Shown here: positions 27,955 to 36,927 of the stretch, piece by piece
How the letters are laid out: every line of letters begins with the position of its first letter
Position numbering within the stretch: position 1 is the first letter of the stretch
Source of the DNA: Rubripirellula sp.
GTDB lineage: Bacteria; Planctomycetota; Planctomycetia; Pirellulales; Pirellulaceae
Length of the DNA stretch: 64,000 nt
Reading direction: 5' to 3'
Assembly: GCA_965216875.1 (NCBI GenBank)
Contig: OZ244207.1
Coordinates: 1,888,001-1,952,000 of the forward strand
The notes under the pieces: model-generated
What the model saw: the letters and a program-made list of their open reading frames with translations, nothing else
What the model was told of the DNA's origin: nothing
Databases searched by the model: none
Made by a program: the position numbers and the translations under genes

Positions 27955-30900
27955 ATGATGAAACGTTGCAGGATCGCAGTTTGCATTGTCGTTTGGATCT
28001 GCGCGAGCCAATCGTCCGACGCGTCAGACGGACAATTTCAAAAAGACGTTCTCCCGATCCTGCAAACGCACTGCGTTCGCTGTCACAACCCCGGTAATGC
28101 CAAAGGCGATGTTTCGGTCGCTACTCTCGAAGGGTTGGCTGATTACATCGAAGCGGGTGACTCCGAGAACAGCTATTTGGTTGAGCTGGTACAAGGTTCG
28201 GATGATGAGCCGCCGGAGATGCCGAAAGAGGGCAAGCCGCTTTCATGGGGCGAAGTTGAATCAATCGCAAATTGGATCGACGCGGGGGCGCATTGGCCCG
28301 AGGAGGTTGTGGTTCGCGAGAAACCGAAAGCGGATGCCTCTTGGTGGTCCATTCAACCCTTGGAAACCGATTTCGAAGGGGCGGCCTCCATTGATGATTT
28401 CGTTATCAACAAGCTGGACGAAGCTGGTCTCGAGCAAAACGCGCCCGCTGATCGGCGAACCCTGATTCGACGGGCAACGTTTGATTTGATCGGTTTGCCT
28501 CCGACACCCGAAGAAGTCGAAGCGTTTGTTAACGACCCTGATCCGTACGCCTACGAACAGTTGATCGATCGACTGCTTGCTTCGCCACACTATGGCCAAC
28601 GTTGGGGCCGGCACTGGTTGGACGTGGTGCGTTTTGGCGAAAGCAATGGGTTCGAGCGCAACGTGATCATCAATGATTTGTGGCCCTTCCGCGACTACGT
28701 CATTCGATCGATCAACGAAGACAAGCCGTTTGACGAATTCATTCGTGAGCACCTTGCGGGGGACGTGCTGGGCAAGAACGATCCCGGTCGCGAAATCGGC
28801 TCGGCATTCCTTGTTGCCGGTCCCTACGACAACGTGGGCAACCAAGACCCCGTTGCAGCTGCGCAGATTCGAGCCAATACGATTGACGAGATGATCCGTG
28901 CATCGGGAGAGGCGTTCCTTGGGCTAACGATGGGATGTGCGCGTTGCCACGACCACAAGTTTGATCCGATCAGCCAGGAGGACTACTACGGTTGGTATTC
29001 AACGTTTGCTGGGGTTCGCCATGGGTCGCGAACGTGGGCAACCAAGGAGCAAATTGCCGGGCGCGACGCAAAGGTAAAGCCGCTTCAGAAGCAGCGCGCA
29101 ACGCTTGTGGCGCGACAAAACGAATTGAACAGTGCAATCACCAAGCGACTTTGGGACCGTGAGTGGAATCGTCCGGCGGTCAGCGCGAAAAAGAACGTTG
29201 AGACTTTCGAGCCTGTCGATGCCAAGTTCGTGAGGTTTTCGGTCCAACGATCGAGCACAAGTCAGCCTTGTGTTGACGAAATCGAAATCTATTCCGTGGG
29301 CGACGACGCGAACGTAGCGCTAGCAGCCAATGGAACGAAAGCGACAGCATCGTCACTCCTTCCTGGTTATGCGATTCACCAGATCGAACACATTAACGAC
29401 GGCAAAGCGGGGAACGAAAACAGCTGGATCTCCAAAGAGTCGACCGGTTGGGTTCAGTTGGCATTTCCGTCGCTTAAAAAAATCGACCGTGTGGTTTGGG
29501 GCCGGGACCGCGACGGCCGATTTCGCGATCGCGTTCCGACCGAATACACGATCGAAGTTTCGGTTGATGGTAAGCAATGGCAACGCGTTGTTGACGGAAG
29601 CGACCGCAAACCGTTCGACGAAGCTCAGTTACTTGCCCGCTGGAAACAGGAGGGGGTGTCTGAGATTGAGCAGCGTTGGGTTCGCGCTGCAGTCGATCGG
29701 CGAGAAACGGAGGAACGTTTTGAGCCGGTGAGAGCGAAGTTCGTCCGTCTTGTTTGTGAGGCTCAGGATATCAACCCGGCGTCGAGTTCAGGATTTCGCA
29801 TCGACGAGATGGAAGTCTGGACGAATGGAGAAAAATCGCAAAACGTGGCGCTGCAAAAGCACGGAGGGAAAGCGACGGGGCGTTCACGCGAAATCAAAGA
29901 CTTTGCTGGAGCCTATGGTGCGCACTTGGCAAATGACGGCAAGGCAGGCGAGCGGTTCATCGCAACGGGCAATGATTTGACGATTGAATTGTCGGAGCCC
30001 GTCAGTATTGATCGAATGGTCTTTTCGAGTGCACGTGGTGAGTCGACTCCAGAGCACCGCAAGTTCGTCTTCGTTGCCGACTACCGGATTGAAGTCTCGC
30101 TTGACGGGAAACAATGGAATGAGGTGGCCAACGGTCGCGACCGAAAGCCCGTCAATGATGCTCATCGCAATCATCGCATTGCAAAGCTAACGGGATCGCA
30201 GTCGGAAGAGCAGCAAGAGCTCGAGCGGGTCGGACAGCAAATTGCCAAGGCCGATCGTCAGATCGCTCAGGCCAACAAGTTGCCAACGGCTTGGCTGGGA
30301 TCTCGGCAGAAGGCTGACGGACCTTTCCACGTCTTTCTCGGCGGCAGCCCACAGAAAAAGGGTGCGGAGGTGACGCCCAAGAGCCTTTCGGCGATGGCAA
30401 CGACCGCGCCAGTCTATTCGGCAGGTGGTGGCGCTGACGAAAAGGACCGACGTATCGAACTCGCCAATTGGATCACCGACGACAACAACCCTCTGACGGC
30501 TCGTGTCTTGGCGAATCGGATTTGGCAGCACCATTTCGGCACCGGGATTGTCGATACGCCCAATGATCTCGGATACATGGGCGGTCGACCCACGCATCCA
30601 AAGTTACTCGACTTCCTGGCGAGCGAATTGGTTCGTGGCGGTTGGCGGCTCAAGTCGATGCATCGATCGATCATGCTGACCAAGACCTACCAACAATCTT
30701 CGCGTTGGCATGAAAAGGCCGCGAAGATGGACGGCGATAGTCGATTGCTTTGGCGATTCCCGCCGCGTCGACTTTCGGCCGAGGAAGTTCGCGATTCGGT
30801 GTTGCAGGTATCGGGCAAACTTGAACGGTCAAGCGGCGATGGCACCGTTGACGGAGGCCCAGGCTTTCGCCTGTACGAGTACCAACAGGACAACGTTGCG

Positions 30901-31299
30901 ACGTACGTGCCACTCGACGCGCACGGACCTGAAACGTACCGCAGAGCGGTGTATCACCAGAACGCTCGTGCGTCGGTGATTGACTTGATGACCGAGTTTG
31001 ACCAGCCCGATTGCGCTTTTTCGGAACCGCGCCGCGCGAGCACGACGACGCCACTTCAAGCCCTGACGCTACTCAACCACCGCTTTACCGTTGACATGGC
31101 CAAAGCGTTTGCCGATCGGCTTGCCGCCGAATCGCAAAGCGACGTCAGCGCGCAAATCGACAACGCCTACCAGCACTGCTACGGCCGGCATGCAACGAAA
31201 GATGAGCTGTCACTGGCGAGTGACTTTGTCGAAAAGAACTCGTTGGCGGCGTTTTGCCGAGTTCTGTTTAACACGAGCGAACTGATTTATGTCCGATAG
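27955..31299 (+). CDS. Planctomycete cytochrome c / DUF1549 / 2x F5/8-type-C-like / DUF1553 protein
   Basis: CVRCH, MP..G..L..WIDAGA, IDDFV, TLIRRATFDLIGLPPT, RHWLDVVR, CARCHDHKFDP, ARVLANRIWQHHFG, PTHPKLLD, TTPLQAL. Confidence 0.95.
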   Translation: MMKRCRIAVCIVVWICASQSSDASDGQFQKDVLPILQTHCVRCHNPGNAKGDVSVATLEGLADYIEAGDSENSYLVELVQGSDDEPPEMPKEGKPLSWGEVESIANWIDAGAHWPEEVVVREKPKADASWWSIQPLETDFEGAASIDDFVINKLDEAGLEQNAPADRRTLIRRATFDLIGLPPTPEEVEAFVNDPDPYAYEQLIDRLLASPHYGQRWGRHWLDVVRFGESNGFERNVIINDLWPFRDYVIRSINEDKPFDEFIREHLAGDVLGKNDPGREIGSAFLVAGPYDNVGNQDPVAAAQIRANTIDEMIRASGEAFLGLTMGCARCHDHKFDPISQEDYYGWYSTFAGVRHGSRTWATKEQIAGRDAKVKPLQKQRATLVARQNELNSAITKRLWDREWNRPAVSAKKNVETFEPVDAKFVRFSVQRSSTSQPCVDEIEIYSVGDDANVALAANGTKATASSLLPGYAIHQIEHINDGKAGNENSWISKESTGWVQLAFPSLKKIDRVVWGRDRDGRFRDRVPTEYTIEVSVDGKQWQRVVDGSDRKPFDEAQLLARWKQEGVSEIEQRWVRAAVDRRETEERFEPVRAKFVRLVCEAQDINPASSSGFRIDEMEVWTNGEKSQNVALQKHGGKATGRSREIKDFAGAYGAHLANDGKAGERFIATGNDLTIELSEPVSIDRMVFSSARGESTPEHRKFVFVADYRIEVSLDGKQWNEVANGRDRKPVNDAHRNHRIAKLTGSQSEEQQELERVGQQIAKADRQIAQANKLPTAWLGSRQKADGPFHVFLGGSPQKKGAEVTPKSLSAMATTAPVYSAGGGADEKDRRIELANWITDDNNPLTARVLANRIWQHHFGTGIVDTPNDLGYMGGRPTHPKLLDFLASELVRGGWRLKSMHRSIMLTKTYQQSSRWHEKAAKMDGDSRLLWRFPPRRLSAEEVRDSVLQVSGKLERSSGDGTVDGGPGFRLYEYQQDNVATYVPLDAHGPETYRRAVYHQNARASVIDLMTEFDQPDCAFSEPRRASTTTPLQALTLLNHRFTVDMAKAFADRLAAESQSDVSAQIDNAYQHCYGRHATKDELSLASDFVEKNSLAAFCRVLFNTSELIYVR

Positions 31300-32734
31300 A
31301 GCATCGATTCTTGAGTATTTGTCGCGACGTGGCTTCTTGGGGAATGTCTCGTCCGGTTTGGGCGCGATTGGCTTGATGCAATTGCTTTCGGCGCCGGCAT
31401 CTGCCAAGAGTCCAAACGCGTCGGGCGACGCCCAGAAGACGCACTTTCCTGGCAAAGCGAAGCGTGTTCTGCAGATCTTTTGCCCCGGGGCGGCGTCCCA
31501 CATCGATTTGTGGGAGCACAAGCCGTCGCTTGAGAAGCATCATGGGCAACCGTTGCCTGGCGAGGAAGAGTTCTTTTCGTTTCAAGGAAAGAACGGAAAC
31601 TTGATGAAGAGCCCTTGGGCGTTTGCCCCAGGCGGTGAAAGCGGCAAGATGATCAGTTCGATGTTGCCGCACATGAGTGAACACGTCGATGACATCGCGT
31701 TCTTGCACGCGATGCATAGCAAGACGAATACTCATGGGCCTGGTTGCGTGTTCATGAATACGGGACATGACACGGAGGGGTTTCCGAGTGCCGGTGCGTG
31801 GACAAGTTATGCGCTCGGCAGCGAGAACGAAGACCTTCCGGCCTACGTTGCCATCACCGACATCCGAGGTGAACCACCGAACGGCAAAGCGAACTGGGCG
31901 AACGGATTCCTGCCCGCGCGTCATCAAGCGATCATGATGAGCGATCAAAAGCCGATTCGTAATTTGAGAACGCCGCAATCGATTTCGACTGAGCAGGAAA
32001 AGGAATCGTTGCAGCTGTTGGAGAGCCTCAATAAACGCTTTGCCGCCGATCATCCTGCGGAAACGGAATTGCAGGCGCGGGTAGCGGCCTACCAGCTCGC
32101 GGCGAAGATGCAGCTTTCGGCGCCAGAAGTGTCGGACCTGTCGCGCGAATCGGCGACCACTCACAAGGCGTATGGCACCGGTGACGAGAACCGACTGAAG
32201 GCCGCCTACGCGCGGAATTGTTTGCTTGCTCGACGATTGCTCGAGCGAGGTGTTCGGTACGTCAACCTTTACTGTTCGTCACGCGCCTCTGGCGTTGACG
32301 GGCTGCTTAACTGGGACGCGCACAAGACGCTCAAGGCAGATTACGAGCGTCATTGTCCGATCTTTGATCAACCAACCGCGGCGTTGTTGGCCGACTTGAA
32401 AGCATCCGGTTTGCTGGAAGACACGCTGGTTTTGTGGACCACGGAATTCGGACGCATGCCGACGCATCAAGCCGGAACGGCGGGCCGCGATCACAACCCC
32501 GATGGATTCACTTGCTGGATGATGGGAGCGGGGGTGAAGGGAGGCGTTTCCTACGGAGCGACGGACGAGTTTGGGCGTCGGGCTCAGGAGCATCCGACAA
32601 CCGTATGGGATTTCTACGCGACGGTATTACACCTACTTGGCTTCGACCATGAAAAACTGACCTGGTACCACAACGGACTCGATCGCAGACTGACCGATGT
32701 CCATGGCCACGTCATCGACAATGTCCTGGCGTAA
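31289..32734 (+). CDS. DUF1501 domain protein (Tat signal)
   Basis: SRRGFL, KAKRVLQIFCPGAASHIDLW, CLLARRLLERGVRYV, WDAH, EFGRMP, GRDHNP, RLTDVHG. Confidence 0.95.
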   Translation: MSDRASILEYLSRRGFLGNVSSGLGAIGLMQLLSAPASAKSPNASGDAQKTHFPGKAKRVLQIFCPGAASHIDLWEHKPSLEKHHGQPLPGEEEFFSFQGKNGNLMKSPWAFAPGGESGKMISSMLPHMSEHVDDIAFLHAMHSKTNTHGPGCVFMNTGHDTEGFPSAGAWTSYALGSENEDLPAYVAITDIRGEPPNGKANWANGFLPARHQAIMMSDQKPIRNLRTPQSISTEQEKESLQLLESLNKRFAADHPAETELQARVAAYQLAAKMQLSAPEVSDLSRESATTHKAYGTGDENRLKAAYARNCLLARRLLERGVRYVNLYCSSRASGVDGLLNWDAHKTLKADYERHCPIFDQPTAALLADLKASGLLEDTLVLWTTEFGRMPTHQAGTAGRDHNPDGFTCWMMGAGVKGGVSYGATDEFGRRAQEHPTTVWDFYATVLHLLGFDHEKLTWYHNGLDRRLTDVHGHVIDNVLA

Positions 32735-32740
32735 CGCAGT

Positions 32741-32829
32741 GTGAGCCGCTGGCCGTGAGGCCGCGGGCCCTTGTAGGCGCAGCTGGTGAATGCGATGAAG
32801 GCCCGGCCGCTTACGCGATCGCGGCTCAC
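32741..32829. repeat. Family-B doublet, copy 2
   Basis: GTGAGCCGCTGGCCGTGAGGCCGCGGGCCCTT...AAGGCCCGGCCGCTTACGCGATCGCGGCTCAC between convergent genes. Confidence 0.9.
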
Positions 32830-32878
32830 GAGTGTTGCCTAGGCTGGTCTGGTGGAACCGTTCTTAGTGTCTGCAACA

Positions 32879-34243
32879 CTAATCTTCGGTCCCGAGCTGA
32901 CGCTTCGGGTCGGCGATGCAATAGAGATGCTTGGAACCACGCAAGATCATTCGTCCATTGGCGACCGCGGGGGTTCCCCAAAAGACTTCATCGTCTTCAG
33001 TCACCTCGTTGACGCCGATCAGCTTTGTTCGTTCGGATGAAATGTCGAAGACGAACATCTGGCCACTGGCGCATTGAAAAAACAGCCGGTCGTCGGCAAT
33101 GACCGGAGAAGCGTAGTCGAGCGAGCCGAATCGATCGTTTCCCATCCTTCTTGCGCCACGCAAACGCAGCTGCTCGATGCGTTCGCCCGATTCGGAATCA
33201 AGCACCGACAGGACACCGCGAGAAACGACATAAACTCTGTCGTTGTGGAAGAGCGGCGAAGCGTAGGTTGCGTTGACCGACGACGTCCAAGCGAAAGACT
33301 TTGTCGATGCGGTTGGGTTGTCGAGGTCGATTGCTACCGTGCCTCCGCCTTGCCCGGTACTGGCAAACAGACGGTTCCCGCTGGCGAGTACGCAAGTGTA
33401 GGCCTGGGACGAGCCAATCGGCTCGCTGCGCCAAAGTCGCTTACCGTTGTTTGGATCGAGTCCCCAAATTTGGTTGGCGACCAACAATGCGACGTCCGTA
33501 CGATCGGAGGTGACTGGGACAAGCGTCGGCGTGGCCCATGTGCCATCAAGCTCCTTTGACTTGAACTGCCATTCTTGTTTGCCAGTCGCGGCATTGAAAC
33601 CGAAGATCGATTGACTCTCCGCAGACGCGGTCACAATGAGCGTTTGGTTGTGCAAGACAGGGCTCGATGACGATCCCCAGCGTGGCGGATCAGAGCCTTT
33701 GCCGACCTTTGCGTTCCAAAGTTTGTTCCCGTTCAGGTCAAACGTGTGAACGCCACTCTTGCCAAAGAAACAATAGATGCGTTGGCCGTCTGAGATGGGG
33801 GTGTGCGAAGCGTAGCCGTGAGACGAGACGCCTGATTGATCATAGAGGTCTTCCGGAAGTTCCGCAGCGACGGCTTTCGACCAAATGACGTCTCCGGATC
33901 GAAGGTCAATGCAGGTCAGGTTGCGTTTCAGGTTCTTGATGTCGCCAGGTGCTTCGCGGTCGAGGCCGTAACCAGAGTAGCTCGTCACGTAGACGCGGTC
34001 GTCAATGATGATGGGGCTTGAAGCGCCGGGACCTGGCAGCTCGGTTTTCCAAGCGACGTTCTCGGTGGCGGACCACTGGGCAGGGACACCTTGCGGGGAC
34101 TGGGCAACACCGCCGGCAGCTGGGCCGCGAAAGCGAGGCCACTGATCCGCCGAAGCGGTCTGCAGCAAGGTTGACGCCAACGCAATCGCCGCGATGACCG
34201 CATTGGAAATGGGATTTCGAATCGTTGTGGTGACCGATTTCAA
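32879..34243 (-). CDS. PQQ-binding-like beta-propeller repeat protein (BamB-like)
   Basis: QWPRFRGP, NVAWKTELPGPGASSPI, YASHTP, WGSSSSP, YASP, GTPAVANGRMILR. Confidence 0.92.
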   Translation of the reverse strand: MKSVTTTIRNPISNAVIAAIALASTLLQTASADQWPRFRGPAAGGVAQSPQGVPAQWSATENVAWKTELPGPGASSPIIIDDRVYVTSYSGYGLDREAPGDIKNLKRNLTCIDLRSGDVIWSKAVAAELPEDLYDQSGVSSHGYASHTPISDGQRIYCFFGKSGVHTFDLNGNKLWNAKVGKGSDPPRWGSSSSPVLHNQTLIVTASAESQSIFGFNAATGKQEWQFKSKELDGTWATPTLVPVTSDRTDVALLVANQIWGLDPNNGKRLWRSEPIGSSQAYTCVLASGNRLFASTGQGGGTVAIDLDNPTASTKSFAWTSSVNATYASPLFHNDRVYVVSRGVLSVLDSESGERIEQLRLRGARRMGNDRFGSLDYASPVIADDRLFFQCASGQMFVFDISSERTKLIGVNEVTEDDEVFWGTPAVANGRMILRGSKHLYCIADPKRQLGTED

Positions 34244-34319
34244 ACTGGCCTCAGATGTTCGCGTTCAACTTCTGCTAAATCATAGAGGCAGAATCAAGCG
34301 GAATGTCGATGCAGAGCCG

Positions 34320-34694
34320 CTAGTAGTCCTCGAGGGCGCGCTGGATTGCATCGAGCAGACGTTCGTTGTCGAGCGGTTTGGGTAGAACATCGAGCGCACC
34401 GGTGTCGAACGCGCGAGATTGGACACTTTCGTCGGCGAAAGCAGAAATAAAGACGATCGGGATCGCGTCTAACATTTCGGTCAGTCTGTCTTGCAGTTCC
34501 AGACCACTGAGGCCGGGTAAGTGAACGTCAAGAATCAGGCAGCTTGGACGGTCATCAACGGGCCGCTCAAGAAAGGCCTCGGCCGATTCATACGCATCAG
34601 CATCGTACCCGGCGGCGTGGATCAGCCGAGTGAGCGCTTTGCGAACGGATGGGTCGTCATCAACCACAGCGATGACGGCCTTGCCTTCATGCAT
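34320..34694 (-). CDS. Single-domain response regulator (FixJ-like receiver)
   Basis: VVDDD, CLILDVHLPGLSGLEL, VFISA, LPKP; no output domain. Start moved to ATG 34694. Confidence 0.9.
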   Translation of the reverse strand: MHEGKAVIAVVDDDPSVRKALTRLIHAAGYDADAYESAEAFLERPVDDRPSCLILDVHLPGLSGLELQDRLTEMLDAIPIVFISAFADESVQSRAFDTGALDVLPKPLDNERLLDAIQRALEDY

Positions 34695-34948
34695 GAGGAC
34701 GTGTGAGTTGTCAGAGGGGGTAGCTGTCGACCCATTGGGCAAGGAACAGGCGAAGGGAACCTAGCATCCAAAGAGACGCACCGAGTATAGGCCTTCGAGT
34801 GTAGTGGGCTATTAGACTTTGGTCGTATGGGGTGTTGGCAGCGGATACGAAATGACACATTCGGATTCAGTCGCCGATCGAGTTCGGAGCGAAACTTTTT
34901 GAATTAGCGCGTTATCGGAGCCTGCGAGCGGACAATAACCTGTTGAAC

Positions 34949-35512
34949 ATGAACGACTCCACTCGCAACATCATCGAGCGCGTATTGGCGGGCGACCTGA
35001 GCCAGTATGGTGTCATCATCCGCACATTCGAGGCGGATGTTTTCAGGCTTGCTGCGCCGGTTTTGGGAAGCCGCAGCGCGGCCGAGGATGTGACACAGGA
35101 AGTTTTCATCACAGCCTACCGTCGGCTCGATTCGTTTGATCTGTCACAGCCGTTTCGCCCTTGGCTCTTGGGGATCGCTGCGAACTTGGTGCGGAACGAG
35201 ATTCGACGCCGTTTTCGCGAAGATCGTCGGATGGAAATGTACTCTCAATATCTTGACGCGATGACTTGTGGGGAATCTTCGCCCGAAGCCTCCGATGCCA
35301 TTGTCGACGCTCTCGGCAAGTGTCGGGAGCGTTTGGCAAAGACTGCGTCTGCCGCGATCCGTGGCCGTTACGAGGAAGGGCTTGGGCTCGAAGCGCTTGC
35401 TGATCGGTTGGAAAGATCGGTCACCGCAACCAGACAGCTCCTGTACCGGACCCGGCTGTCGCTTCGCGATTGCATCGAAGCGCAGCTTGCACCGGAGGGA
35501 GGGGACGGATGA
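34949..35512 (+). CDS. ECF sigma-70 factor
   Basis: AEDVTQEVF, FRPWLLGIAAN, region 4 ..RY....LEALA..L.R.R.SLRDCI. Confidence 0.93.
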   Translation: MNDSTRNIIERVLAGDLSQYGVIIRTFEADVFRLAAPVLGSRSAAEDVTQEVFITAYRRLDSFDLSQPFRPWLLGIAANLVRNEIRRRFREDRRMEMYSQYLDAMTCGESSPEASDAIVDALGKCRERLAKTASAAIRGRYEEGLGLEALADRLERSVTATRQLLYRTRLSLRDCIEAQLAPEGGDG

Positions 35513-36927
35513 AGCGAATCGATGCACTCACCTTGATGTTGCTCGATGGAACGATCGAAGACGAAGCGCTGACGGAACTCGCTGAGCTCACGCAAACATC
35601 GGAGGGGCGGGAGTCTCTGGCGAAGCTGATGGAGCTTGAGTCGTACCTTCAGGCATCGGCTCAAGGTTCGGTCGCAAGTCAAGTGCTGGATCAAATTCAA
35701 AAAGAGCGTTGCGATCGAGTCGAGGCTGGCGTGATGCGGGCCGTTGGTGAACCCGATGGGGCAGTGCCGTCGGTTCGAACTCCTGGTCGGGCGAGTCGCG
35801 TTCTGCGGCTCTCTCTATTAGTTGTCAGCATCGCTGCTTGCCTCTTCTTCGTCCTCGTTCTGTTTGATCGTGGGGATCGCGAGGACGACTCGATCGCTCT
35901 TTTGAATTTGCATGGGGCCAACGTCACTCTTGTCGACGTTGGCGGAAGCCGTCGATTGATTCCTCCGAGCGACAAACCGATAGCGGTACTTAGGAATGAA
36001 ACGATCGAGACTTCCGAGACGCTCGAGTCAGCCGAAGTTCTGTACGCCGATGGAACGACGCTCCAACTGCATGGCGAAACCAGCATGCAATTGACGGAAA
36101 CCGCATTGGGAGCGAAGCAAATCACGATCCTGGCGGGCCTTGTCCAGGCGGATGTGACACCGCAACCGGATGGACGTCCGCTGCGAATTGTCACCCAAGC
36201 GGCGACGCTGGAGGTGTTGGGAACGACTCTGGGCGTCGAAGTCCGTCCAGCATCGACTCAGCTTGGCGTTGCAACGGGGCGTGTTGCAATGACGCGAAAG
36301 TCAGATGGTCAGCGGGTGGAAGTTGAGGCGGGGAAATTCGCGACGGCCACTGCGTCGACATCAGAGCCACTTCAAGCTCTGCCGTTTCCCGATTTGCCGC
36401 TCGATTGGTCGGAAGACTTCGAGAGTGGTCTCCCCGCCGGGTGGCGAACGGGCAAGATTGTCGAGCATTCCGGCAGCAGCGCGGTTTCGACCATGCAATC
36501 CGAACGGAGTGACAACGGGCATTTCGTGATGACCACACACAATGCGTGGCAAGAAGGTGATCACGCGTTATGCCGGATCAACGCCGACTCGGTTTTGCAC
36601 TTAAGATTCCGACAGAAGGCGTTTGCTCGAATCACCATTATGGTTGGCTCGCGGTCCTACCCGCCTGCGACAGGACGGACCGGTACCAATCTTTTCTACA
36701 CCAAGAAGGCTTGGAACGAGGATTTGGAAGTCGAGACGTGGAAGACGATTTCCGTGCCATTGAAAGAGGTCGCCTGGCAGATGAAGCAGGGTGTGAGAGT
36801 GAATGGAGCGGCGGACTTGCAGGGCCTCGCAGCCTACCTCATCCACGTTTCAACGATGGAAAAGGATGCTGGACTGGCAATTGACCGGATGTGGATCACC
36901 AACGAACCGAAGGAGCGTCAACCATGA
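35509..36927 (+). CDS. FecR-domain anti-sigma factor with C-terminal CBM-like domain
   Basis: ATGA overlap with the sigma gene, TM helix, YADGT, GLVQADVTPQP, T..ATLEVLGT, V.TGRV; C-terminal WSEDFE.. beta-sandwich. Confidence 0.9.
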   Translation: MKRIDALTLMLLDGTIEDEALTELAELTQTSEGRESLAKLMELESYLQASAQGSVASQVLDQIQKERCDRVEAGVMRAVGEPDGAVPSVRTPGRASRVLRLSLLVVSIAACLFFVLVLFDRGDREDDSIALLNLHGANVTLVDVGGSRRLIPPSDKPIAVLRNETIETSETLESAEVLYADGTTLQLHGETSMQLTETALGAKQITILAGLVQADVTPQPDGRPLRIVTQAATLEVLGTTLGVEVRPASTQLGVATGRVAMTRKSDGQRVEVEAGKFATATASTSEPLQALPFPDLPLDWSEDFESGLPAGWRTGKIVEHSGSSAVSTMQSERSDNGHFVMTTHNAWQEGDHALCRINADSVLHLRFRQKAFARITIMVGSRSYPPATGRTGTNLFYTKKAWNEDLEVETWKTISVPLKEVAWQMKQGVRVNGAADLQGLAAYLIHVSTMEKDAGLAIDRMWITNEPKERQP

